DNA from: Candidatus Thalassarchaeaceae archaeon
Lineage (GTDB): Archaea; Thermoplasmatota; Poseidoniia; Poseidoniales; Thalassarchaeaceae
Direction of reading: 5' to 3'
Length of the DNA: 64,000 nt
NCBI GenBank assembly: GCA_023700245.1
Contig: JAJPRE010000005.1
Location: 7,106-71,105, forward strand
Each line of letters begins with the position of its first letter. Position 1 is the stretch's first letter. The notes beneath the pieces were generated by a model. That model was given only the letters and a program-made list of their open reading frames with translations, ran no database searches and had not been told where the DNA came from. The translations under genes were made by a program, and so were the position numbers. Shown here piece by piece: positions 35,194 through 43,961 of this stretch.

Positions 35194-38061
35194 TTACTGA
35201 GTGCATAAACTCCTAATATGCCTAATTACTAAGTCATATGTGGGAATTGTGTAATCTTCCAATGGAGGGGAAAATGGTACTGGAGTATCTAAAGCCCCTA
35301 TTACTACTGGAGGGGATTCTAAATTCCAGAATGTTTCTTCTAAGATTCTACTGGAAATCGTATGAGCTAAACCTCCAGTCCACTGAGACTCTTGTAAGAC
35401 TATTAATCTAGAAGTTCGACAAACAGATTGGACGCAAGTTTTGGAATCAAAAGGCAATAATGTTCTCAAATCTATTACTTCTACTTCTATTTTTTCTTTA
35501 GCTGCATGTTTAGCAGCTTTCAATGCTACGTGCACCATTGCACCCCACGTAACAATTGTAATATCTGTCCCTCCTCGAATAACTCTGGCTTGACCAATAG
35601 AATTTTGCCCATTTGCGAGCCTTTTATGAACAGAATCTGTATTAACTAACTGATTAATATTATCTCCCCATCCAGTAATTCCTCCTCGTAATCCATAAAG
35701 CCCTAGATGTTCTAAGAATACAACGGGATCGGGTAATGCATGCCCCTCGATTAGCATATCAAAAGCATCTTGAGGACTACTGGGGAATACAATAATTAGG
35801 CCTGGATCATTAATAAACCATGATTCAATCATATTTGCATGAAATGGCCCACTTCTAGTTTTTCCACCTAGAGGTATTCTCACAGTCAAAGGAACGCTTG
35901 CACCCCATCTCCAACGTAATTGTGCAGCATTATTCACCAATGCATTCATTGCAAGCGCTGCAAATCCTCCAAATTGAATTTCTGCGATGGGCCTCAAACC
36001 TCCTAATGCGGCGCCTGTTGCAGAGTTGATTATTATTGATTCTGAAAGTGGCATATCGAGTAATTTGTCAGAATGCCCTTTTGCTTTTAATGATAAATTC
36101 ATGCCAAATGCACCTGCAATTTCCATATCTTCACCCATAAAAATAATATTTTCTGAATATTTATCTGCTAAAGCGGCCATAGAATTCTGAATTGCACGGC
36201 TAAATGTCCAAGAGTTTGGGGCATCGGAAAATTTGAACAAAGATTCTCCTGGCCGTAACGGTGATTGAGTTTTTTGACTAGTAGATTTTAATCTATCAAT
36301 TTGTTGAGTATGAGTTGGAGCATCGGTTAGGGATGTAATTCCCTTTGTAACGGTATTCGCCTCTGGCCAAGGCATATGTTCCATTTCCTTGCGCGAATTT
36401 TTAACATATATTTCTTCCTTCGATTGTATATTTTCCAATTCTTTCTCGTTTACTCCTAAAGAAATCAATAAATTATGATGATTTGGTATAGGATCTTTTA
36501 ATGACCAATAATTAAGAAGGTCACGTCCCACATAGCCTGGAGGATTGCCTGAAATCGCCCCCAAATACAAATCATCATGATGATGCGCGTGTCCGCATCC
36601 TCTCATAGTTTCGACATGTATCAAAGTTGCACCCCCCCCATCCAATGAAAATTCCCTTGCTACTGCAGTAGATGAGAAAAATTGTGCAGGATCGGATCCA
36701 TCGATTGTCCATGATGGAATCCCCATTGCGATGCCTTTGTCTCCGTATGTTTCCGAACCTGATTGACTTGAAGAAAACGTATCTAAGGCTATTTGATTAT
36801 TTTGTATCATATAACATATTGGGAGGCCCCTTGCTCCGGCAAAATTCATTGCTTCCCAAAATTCTCCACTACTACTACAGCCCTCTCCAACTGGTGCTAA
36901 ATGAAACCTCTCTCTTTGTAATCTATTCGATGCCAATGCAACTCCAGTCAATGTAGCACTTGCAATAGGTAAAGGTGCAGTTGGAGGCAAAATTCCTTTT
37001 TCCCAGTTTCCAATATGTAAATCTCTACCTCCATGGCCGGAATGCCCTCCATCCATGTAGGATCCAGATTTACCCATTTGTGCAGAAAATATTTCCAATG
37101 GAGTTTGTCCCATTGCTAGAGCTAAGCCCGTATCTCTAATCATAGGGGCTATAGCATCAGGAAAATCAATATTTTCTGAATTGGCATCATAATTATTCCT
37201 GAGTGCTGAAGCACAGGCTACAATACCTTCTTGCCAAGTTGAACGAAAACCTTTGCCTGTAAATTTACCGCCATCTGGAAGAGGTACTCCGTTTGTATAA
37301 AGGTCTTTCAAATGTTCATCGAGAATTCGAGTTCTTAGCATCCATTTTTGCCAGGTTAATCTTTGATTCATTGTTATCGAATTTTTATAAGCCAATCTTC
37401 TAAGGCATAATGATATATCTATTAAAAATCTAGAAGCCCTTCTTTTTAAGAATAAATTACCATCTCTTCGAGGTATAATTTCACTTTCCCCAAGATTTAG
37501 AAAGGAAGGGTTGAATAATCTTTCTTCCAACGCTTTGTCAAGATTTTTAATAAAATTAATAGAAAAATCATGAAATTCTTGGCCATCGAATTCATCAATA
37601 GGATTAGATTTACCCCATGATTGAGAAATTAAATTTAGATGGCCATCATGTCTTTCTGCAACAAATCTCAATAATTCATTTATTACCTCATTTTTACATA
37701 ATTTACTCGTAAATAATAAGGATTTTTTAGGAATCCACGAATCGCCCCAGATAATTGGCATTACACTTTGCTTAGAGTCCAGTGACGTGGTGTCTAAGTG
37801 ATCAATCTCCAAAAATTTTTTATTTCTCTGAGTTATTTCATGAGTTAATTGTTCATTTGTAACTGTTATGGGCCTTTCCCATATATTTACACTACGATTT
37901 CTCCCTTGACCAGTATTTGATCTATCGATTGTTACTCTCGCCCTAGTATTGCATTTTTCACATTGTCTGTCCAATTTTATAGTACTTTGATTACGAGTTT
38001 TCCAAATTTGATAATTATCACAAAATGGACATTGCCAAATGCCGTGCCGGGCCACCACCAT
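35194..38061 (-). CDS. Fused 2-oxoacid dehydrogenase E1 alpha+beta (TPP-dependent) with an N-terminal Zn-ribbon-containing extension
   Basis: CPFC-x19-CEKC at aa 11-37. TPP motif GEGCSSSGEFWEAMNFAGARGLPICYMIQNN. E1-beta-like region GEDMEIAGAFG...IAEIQF. Confidence 0.85.
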   Translation of the reverse strand: MVVARHGIWQCPFCDNYQIWKTRNQSTIKLDRQCEKCNTRARVTIDRSNTGQGRNRSVNIWERPITVTNEQLTHEITQRNKKFLEIDHLDTTSLDSKQSVMPIIWGDSWIPKKSLLFTSKLCKNEVINELLRFVAERHDGHLNLISQSWGKSNPIDEFDGQEFHDFSINFIKNLDKALEERLFNPSFLNLGESEIIPRRDGNLFLKRRASRFLIDISLCLRRLAYKNSITMNQRLTWQKWMLRTRILDEHLKDLYTNGVPLPDGGKFTGKGFRSTWQEGIVACASALRNNYDANSENIDFPDAIAPMIRDTGLALAMGQTPLEIFSAQMGKSGSYMDGGHSGHGGRDLHIGNWEKGILPPTAPLPIASATLTGVALASNRLQRERFHLAPVGEGCSSSGEFWEAMNFAGARGLPICYMIQNNQIALDTFSSSQSGSETYGDKGIAMGIPSWTIDGSDPAQFFSSTAVAREFSLDGGGATLIHVETMRGCGHAHHHDDLYLGAISGNPPGYVGRDLLNYWSLKDPIPNHHNLLISLGVNEKELENIQSKEEIYVKNSRKEMEHMPWPEANTVTKGITSLTDAPTHTQQIDRLKSTSQKTQSPLRPGESLFKFSDAPNSWTFSRAIQNSMAALADKYSENIIFMGEDMEIAGAFGMNLSLKAKGHSDKLLDMPLSESIIINSATGAALGGLRPIAEIQFGGFAALAMNALVNNAAQLRWRWGASVPLTVRIPLGGKTRSGPFHANMIESWFINDPGLIIVFPSSPQDAFDMLIEGHALPDPVVFLEHLGLYGLRGGITGWGDNINQLVNTDSVHKRLANGQNSIGQARVIRGGTDITIVTWGAMVHVALKAAKHAAKEKIEVEVIDLRTLLPFDSKTCVQSVCRTSRLIVLQESQWTGGLAHTISSRILEETFWNLESPPVVIGALDTPVPFSPPLEDYTIPTYDLVIRHIRSLCTQ

Positions 38062-38111
38062 ACGCGTCGCAATCGATACTTATACAACAAATGTTCGGTT
38101 AACTGGTAATT

Positions 38112-38213
38112 ATTATACCGCAAATATCTTAATTCAACAATAATTTGCATAGATATTGTAATTTTAAAAGATAATACCACTATTAAAGCGAGTACTTATA
38201 ATTATAATACCAC
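38112..38213. repeat. Three copies of AT(A/T)ATACC(A/G)C in the promoter region of the E1 fusion gene
   Basis: ATAATACCAC occurs at 38171-38180 and 38204-38213. The variant ATTATACCGC occurs at 38112-38121. Confidence 0.5.
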
Positions 38214-38215
38214 AA

Positions 38216-39340
38216 TTAATATTTTTTAACATTTGAATCAATAGTATCTGACCAACTTAAGATCCCACCTTTGAGATTAAACACTGCATTTTTCCCCCAA
38301 CCAGATTTAAAAAGAAGCCTTTGTATGGCTGCGGACCTTACTCCTGACCTACAATATATGACTAAATCTACATTTTTGGGTATTTCTGAAAATCTATCTG
38401 ATACGTTTGAATGCTCGATTCTCAAATTAGTTCCAGAAATACTTGCTATTAGTTCCTCATCCGCCCTCCTAACATCTAAAAGGAATGGTTTCCAACCATT
38501 TTCTTTTTTATTTTTAAACTCAAGTGGCGTAATTTCTAATGCATTATTTTCCTCATTACTCATACAATATTCAGCCTCCGGAGACAACTCGGTAACCAAT
38601 GGCCTAGAGACATTAGCATTAAATTTTAGTATCCTTGAAGACATATTTAAAGCATTAAAAACTAATAATTTACCAGATAAAATATCTCCAATTTCAAGAA
38701 TTATCTTGATAGCTTCCGCAGATTGTATAGAGCCGATGATTCCGGGGAGAACGCCGAGGACGCCCGCCTCTGCGCAATTTGGGGCTAGCTCAATAGGTGG
38801 CATTTCAGGAAATAAATCTCTATAATTTAATCCCTTTTCTAAATTAAAAACTGAAACTTGACCTTCAAATTGATGTATGCTGCCAAATATCCAAGGTTTA
38901 CCTAATATTTCACAGGCATCATTAATTAGGTACCTAGTCGTGAAATTATCAGTACCATCAATTATTATATCAAATTGATTAATTATATGTAATGCATTGC
39001 CCATATTAATTCTTGAATTGAATGTCGTAATTGAAATTTCAGGATTTAGATCCAACAACCTTTCCTTTGCCGATAATACTTTAGAAAAACCTAATCTGTT
39101 GGTTCCGTGAATTACTTGCCTTTGGAGATTTGTAATTTCAACAATATCATCATCAATTATTCCTATTTTTCCAATTCCTGCTGCTGCCAAATATAATAAA
39201 GACGGGGAGCCTAAACCTCCAGCTCCAACTACTAAAATTGATGAGTTTTTTAATTTCTGTTGACCTTTTACTCCGACATGTGGAAGAGTTAGATGCCTAG
39301 CATACCTAACCTTTTCAGAATCGGACAATGGTTCATTCAT
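38216..39340 (-). CDS. moeB: MoeB/ThiF-type E1-like adenylyltransferase fused to a C-terminal rhodanese domain (MOCS3/Uba4-like)
   Basis: VVGAGGLGSP nucleotide motif and a C-terminal rhodanese active-site loop CRSGVRS. Confidence 0.85.
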   Translation of the reverse strand: MNEPLSDSEKVRYARHLTLPHVGVKGQQKLKNSSILVVGAGGLGSPSLLYLAAAGIGKIGIIDDDIVEITNLQRQVIHGTNRLGFSKVLSAKERLLDLNPEISITTFNSRINMGNALHIINQFDIIIDGTDNFTTRYLINDACEILGKPWIFGSIHQFEGQVSVFNLEKGLNYRDLFPEMPPIELAPNCAEAGVLGVLPGIIGSIQSAEAIKIILEIGDILSGKLLVFNALNMSSRILKFNANVSRPLVTELSPEAEYCMSNEENNALEITPLEFKNKKENGWKPFLLDVRRADEELIASISGTNLRIEHSNVSDRFSEIPKNVDLVIYCRSGVRSAAIQRLLFKSGWGKNAVFNLKGGILSWSDTIDSNVKKY

Positions 39341-39397
39341 GTTTGGCGCGGATGGTGTCTAAATTTGTTCTCTTCGGTCAAAGTAATAAAAAAATAA

Positions 39398-39775
39398 TCA
39401 TAATATAAATATCCTCAGAGAGGCTACAAACCAGCCAGTAATTCCCCAAATCTTAGTGATTTTACTTGCAAGTACTGGATCTATATCTAATTTTAAAAAT
39501 TGATTCAAAATTCTCTTTATGTAGTTTTGACCTAACGGATCATCGGCACGTGGAATTTTTCTAAATTTTCTTTCCATGTCCGTTAAAATACAATAGCCAT
39601 CTCTGATTAACCAACAAAATTCTGTCAAGCCATAGAGAATAAATACTCCCCACCACATCCATTCATATGGTCCAATCCACATAAATGCACAAAAAATAGT
39701 AATAAATAGATGTAATAAATAGAATAAGTCTGCTATTCTATTATTTATCCAACTTATTTCAGTTTCACTTGACAA
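39398..39775 (-). CDS. Small membrane protein, unknown function
   Basis: Three or four hydrophobic helices. GAGGTG lies 6 nt upstream of a TTG start. Confidence 0.5.
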   Translation of the reverse strand: MSSETEISWINNRIADLFYLLHLFITIFCAFMWIGPYEWMWWGVFILYGLTEFCWLIRDGYCILTDMERKFRKIPRADDPLGQNYIKRILNQFLKLDIDPVLASKITKIWGITGWFVASLRIFIL

Positions 39776-39785
39776 TTATGCACCT

Positions 39786-40715
39786 CTAATGTTGATCTTC
39801 TAACCATTTTTCAGCATCCATGGCTGCTTGACAACCCATTCCTGCAGCAGTAATAGCTTGCCTATATCTTGTATCGACTACATCTCCTGCTGCGAAAACG
39901 CCCTGGATATTTGTCATAGTATGCTCTTTGGCGAGTATGTATCCTGTTTCGTCAATCTCAATTTGTCCCTCTAAGAATTTTGTTATTGGCTTATGCCCTA
40001 TGGCAATAAATGCCCCAGAGCAATATATTTCTTCCATTTCTCCGCCCCTCGTATCTTCAAGAATTGCTCCTGAGAGTCCCTTTTCATCAGAATTCCATGA
40101 TTTAATAGATTTAAATGTCTTGATTTCAATTTTTGGGTTATTAAATGCTCTTTCGTACATCACTTTGGAAGCCTTAAAATTATCACTACGATGAATTATA
40201 GTCACTTTACTTGCAAATCTGGTCAAGAATGTGGCCTCCTCCATGGCTGAGTCTCCGCCACCGATTACAAGTACTTCCTCATCCCTAAAAAACGCACCAT
40301 CGCAGGTTGCGCAAGTACTGATTCCTCTCCCTTTTTGCTCTTCCTCTCCTTCTGCCCCCAACCAGATTGATTCAGCACCAGTGCAAATTATTATACATTT
40401 AGACTGGAAAATTTCTCCTTCAACCCACACCTTGAATGGCCATTCAGAAAAATTAACCTTTTCTACATTTTTATCTTCTACCTCTAAACCAAATTTTTCA
40501 GCCTGTTCACGGAGTTGTAGCATCATTTCCGGACCACCAATGCCTTCAGGATATCCAGGAAAGTTTTCGATATCCGAAGTAAGCATAAGTTGCCCTCCCG
40601 ACATATATCCAGCAAACATCAATGGATCGAGTAAAGCCCTAGCAGTGTAAAGGCCTGCTGTATAACCTGCTGGGCCGGAACCTATTATAATCACATTACG
40701 TATATTGTCAGCCAT
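39786..40715 (-). CDS. trxB: Thioredoxin-disulfide reductase
   Basis: IIGSGPAGYTA, redox CATCDG and GGGDSAMEEA motifs. Confidence 0.92.
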   Translation of the reverse strand: MADNIRNVIIIGSGPAGYTAGLYTARALLDPLMFAGYMSGGQLMLTSDIENFPGYPEGIGGPEMMLQLREQAEKFGLEVEDKNVEKVNFSEWPFKVWVEGEIFQSKCIIICTGAESIWLGAEGEEEQKGRGISTCATCDGAFFRDEEVLVIGGGDSAMEEATFLTRFASKVTIIHRSDNFKASKVMYERAFNNPKIEIKTFKSIKSWNSDEKGLSGAILEDTRGGEMEEIYCSGAFIAIGHKPITKFLEGQIEIDETGYILAKEHTMTNIQGVFAAGDVVDTRYRQAITAAGMGCQAAMDAEKWLEDQH

Positions 40716-40760
40716 GTAATATCCAAAGGGGATTGTCTTTTGAACATTGACTAAAAAAAA

Positions 40761-41159
40761 TTATTTTGACATCTCTGCTATTGCATTTACTGCAGCCCTT
40801 GCATGAGGTTCTAATCTTGGAGAAATATGCTCCTTAAGAGCTCCTGGACCTATGATTCCTAGACCTATCGGCTTGCTATATTTTAATTGGATATCAATTA
40901 TAGATTTTATTACTGCTTGGCCCATTACTAAACCATGTTTAGTCTCCCCATTCTCTATTATTCCCAAAGTTATTGCTGCATTTAAATTACCAGAACTCAA
41001 CATTCTATCTAGTGCAAGAGGAATTTCCATAGCTCCGGGAACCCATTTTATCTCAGATATCTCAATGTCTTGAATGTTAGATTCATCTTTGGCATAAACC
41101 AACATTCTTTCGATTTGTTTTTTATGAAAGGAAGTACAAACGACACCTATTTTCATCAT
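40761..41159 (-). CDS. ribH: 6,7-dimethyl-8-ribityllumazine synthase
   Basis: MKIGVV..., about 132 aa as in the archaeal-size lumazine synthase family, within the rib operon. GGTGA precedes the ATG at 41159. The ORF track start at 41174 overlaps ribE. Confidence 0.8.
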   Translation of the reverse strand: MMKIGVVCTSFHKKQIERMLVYAKDESNIQDIEISEIKWVPGAMEIPLALDRMLSSGNLNAAITLGIIENGETKHGLVMGQAVIKSIIDIQLKYSKPIGLGIIGPGALKEHISPRLEPHARAAVNAIAEMSK

Positions 41160-41160
41160 A

Positions 41161-41781
41161 TCACCTTTTTTCAAAATGTGGCTGATTTTTTAGCATCTTA
41201 GATACCGTTGCCACCACTGCTTGAGTCATTGAATCAATTTCTATATTTACTTTACTACCTTTTATTTTTGATTGAATTGTAGTTCTTTCCAATGTTTCTG
41301 GAATTAGATGTATAGAAAAATAATCATCATATACTTCGCCGATAGTTAAACTAATTCCATCTATTGCGATATATCCTTTTTCCATAATAAAAGGTTTTAA
41401 TTTATTATTTATTGATATTTCTAAGTCTACTCCTTCGCCGATTTTTTCATAATTATTAATCAATGCAGTGCTCATTATATGGCCTGATAATATATGCCCT
41501 CCCAATTCATCACCGATTTTCAATGCCCTTTCTAAATTTACTTTATCGCCTGCTTGTAAATTTCCTAATGTAGAACGCTCCAAAGTTTCTTTTATAGCAT
41601 CAAATGTCACAATGGTGCCTATTTTTTTAACCACAGTCATGCATACGCCATCGATTGATACACTAGCTCCATTTTCTAAATTATTACTTCTTAATCCCAT
41701 ATCTACAGAGATGCTATTGGTAGTTTCTTTTTTTTCAATTATGGATACAGTTCCAATTCCTTGTATGATGCCAGTAAACAT
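41161..41781 (-). CDS. ribE: Riboflavin synthase, bacterial/eukaryotic type (two lumazine-binding repeats)
   Basis: MFTGIIQGIGTV start and the internal repeat GHIMS. The ATG at 41781 directly follows the ribL stop. Confidence 0.88.
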   Translation of the reverse strand: MFTGIIQGIGTVSIIEKKETTNSISVDMGLRSNNLENGASVSIDGVCMTVVKKIGTIVTFDAIKETLERSTLGNLQAGDKVNLERALKIGDELGGHILSGHIMSTALINNYEKIGEGVDLEISINNKLKPFIMEKGYIAIDGISLTIGEVYDDYFSIHLIPETLERTTIQSKIKGSKVNIEIDSMTQAVVATVSKMLKNQPHFEKR

Positions 41782-41782
41782 A

Positions 41783-42250
41783 CTAATCTTCCTCGAATGG
41801 TGCACCTTCATTACTTGGCCAAATATCTAAAATTTTTGCAATTATTTTTCTTGTTCCATCTAAGTCATCAGAAAGTCCTTCAACCCTTAAAACCTCAATT
41901 TCATCATATCCGTTTTTTATTAGACCGGATTTTATCGAAGAAATTGAATGTTTCTGATCATATCCCAATGCTATTTTATCTGGATTTATAGACTTTAATA
42001 TCTCAAAAATTGGAACTTCTGGAGGGTTTCCGATTATAGATATATCTACAGGTTTTAACCCTCCAACCATACGACGTCTTAAGTCATGATTAGTGATAGG
42101 CTCATGTTTACGTTTCCTAACTGTTTCATCATGGGCAACTACAACTATTAATTCATCTCCAAGAGATTTAGCTTGTTCCAAGTAGTGTAGGTGCCCAGCA
42201 TGTAGTAAATCAAAAACTCCTACAGCCATAACAGTTACCAATTGAATCAA
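41783..42250 (-). CDS. ribL: Archaeal FAD synthetase (cytidylyltransferase-like RibL)
   Basis: GVFDLLHAGHLHYLEQAK nucleotidyltransferase motif, about 150 aa, within the rib operon. Confidence 0.8.
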   Translation of the reverse strand: MIQLVTVMAVGVFDLLHAGHLHYLEQAKSLGDELIVVVAHDETVRKRKHEPITNHDLRRRMVGGLKPVDISIIGNPPEVPIFEILKSINPDKIALGYDQKHSISSIKSGLIKNGYDEIEVLRVEGLSDDLDGTRKIIAKILDIWPSNEGAPFEED

Positions 42251-42261
42251 TCCATTTAATC

Positions 42262-42972
42262 TTATTTTATCTTAAAGGCTTCTAAGATGTCTTTTCCCAT
42301 TAACATAGGGATATCATGATTTTTCGCATATTCCATTGCATCGGATACAGATAATGCCCCATCTCCATCCGGTTGTAACATTTCTGCACCAATAGTACAG
42401 GGAGGAAGGCCTGCTAAACGTGCTATTGAGACTGCTAGTTCAGTATGGCCTTGCCTAGAGCTTAATCCGCCCGGAGATTCACGGCAAAGAGGTATGTGCC
42501 CAGGAGTACGAAATTCATCACCAAGTAATTTCATAGCGCCCTCATTGCTTGTATTTGAAGATAATAATTCACTTGCCAATTCTCCAAATCTACGTGTTGT
42601 CAGTGCACGGTCTTTGTCAGTTATTCCAGTGAAGGTTTTTCTATGATTCAATGAGAGTGTGAATGCAGATTTTGAATCATATCTTAAATCATCAGTTATA
42701 AGTTCGCCTAGTACGGGATTCGTTTCAACTAATTTGGGATTTGAATGAATATCTTGTAACCAAGGTAATCCAAATAAATCACCAATTTCATTTCCTATTG
42801 CAAGAAAAAGTAGGCCACCACAATCCTGCCTTAATCTTCTAATTATTTTTGGAGTTGCGCATGATGCAGGCCATAAGAGATCGGTTTCTTGCTCCCTAAA
42901 TGAAGAGTCAAAAATCATTACGGGATTTCCCTTTGAGAATGCCTCAACCGCCGCGGCGATAACTGACTCCAT
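42262..42972 (-). CDS. ribB: 3,4-dihydroxy-2-butanone 4-phosphate synthase
   Basis: FREQETDLLWPA and GHTELAVSIARLAGLPP motifs. The ATG at 42972 (MESVIAAAVEAF) fits the family N-terminus. The ORF track starts at TTG 43023. Confidence 0.88.
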   Translation of the reverse strand: MESVIAAAVEAFSKGNPVMIFDSSFREQETDLLWPASCATPKIIRRLRQDCGGLLFLAIGNEIGDLFGLPWLQDIHSNPKLVETNPVLGELITDDLRYDSKSAFTLSLNHRKTFTGITDKDRALTTRRFGELASELLSSNTSNEGAMKLLGDEFRTPGHIPLCRESPGGLSSRQGHTELAVSIARLAGLPPCTIGAEMLQPDGDGALSVSDAMEYAKNHDIPMLMGKDILEAFKIK

Positions 42973-43029
42973 GGCCCCCGGAGGGCGTCCACATACCAAT
43001 TCTTTTCGGTCAGAAAGTATCAATTCAGA

Positions 43030-43923
43030 ATGTCTCTTCGGCTCACCATGGTGAAACTAATTCAAGTTGAAGTTCCCCTGAAAATAGATTTGGCTGGAAG
43101 TTGGACCGATATTCAACCATATGCATCTGATTTTGGTGGTGAAGTAGTTAATTTTGCAATTAACGTCAATATCAATTGTGAAATAGAAGTTGAAAATGGA
43201 GATTTAAAAAAAGTAAAATATTCTACTGAAATGCCTATTGATTTAGAGCTAAAAACAACTAATGGAGTTGATTTTAAATTTTTAACAAAAATAACTGAAG
43301 GAATTAAATCTTTGGAGTATCTCAATAAATTTACTCACGAATTAGAGAATTTAATAAAAAATACTGGAAATATTCATGTACCATGGATAAATTCTAGAGG
43401 CGGATTTAATCATACTTTATTTTTAGGTAAAGAGATTGAACCTATGCCTTTTGAACCAATGAAATCGTCAAAAAATTGGTTAAAAAAACATTTTATTATC
43501 ATTTATAGCGATATTGATAATAACACAAGTGAAATCCATAAAGATGTGTGGAATAGATATGAAAATAAAGATGAAGAAGTTCTCAAAGGTTTACATTGTT
43601 TAAGGGCGGCAGCCAGAGTAATGGCCAATGGCCTTCAAAAGGACCGTAGAGAATTGGTAGTCAATGCACTAAAAGAAATATCAGCAGGTATTGATTTGAT
43701 AAGTCCTGAAATTCATAGACCATTTAGAGACGTGATGGATCCATTGGTCAATAATAAAAGTGTAATAGCATGGAAAGCACTTAGTTCATGCGGAGGAAAA
43801 ACATTAGGAGTATTGTGTTCACCAAATGGGAGGGAGGCAACCATAAAGAGAATTGAGGAAATGGGATGGCAGAATATAGAATGGGACTACAACGAACATG
43901 GGATAAAAGTAGTTAAAAAATAA
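43030..43923 (+). CDS. Divergent GHMP-kinase-like protein lacking the canonical phosphate-binding motif
   Basis: N-terminal PLKIDLAGSWTDIQPY resembles fucokinase-type GHMP motif I. The C-terminal AWKALSSCGGKTLGVL sits in place of motif III. No PxGSGLGSSxA motif II was found. Confidence 0.5.
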   Translation: MSLRLTMVKLIQVEVPLKIDLAGSWTDIQPYASDFGGEVVNFAINVNINCEIEVENGDLKKVKYSTEMPIDLELKTTNGVDFKFLTKITEGIKSLEYLNKFTHELENLIKNTGNIHVPWINSRGGFNHTLFLGKEIEPMPFEPMKSSKNWLKKHFIIIYSDIDNNTSEIHKDVWNRYENKDEEVLKGLHCLRAAARVMANGLQKDRRELVVNALKEISAGIDLISPEIHRPFRDVMDPLVNNKSVIAWKALSSCGGKTLGVLCSPNGREATIKRIEEMGWQNIEWDYNEHGIKVVKK

Positions 43924-43961
43924 TTCATATATCAGAAATATCTAACTTTGGGACACCAAGT

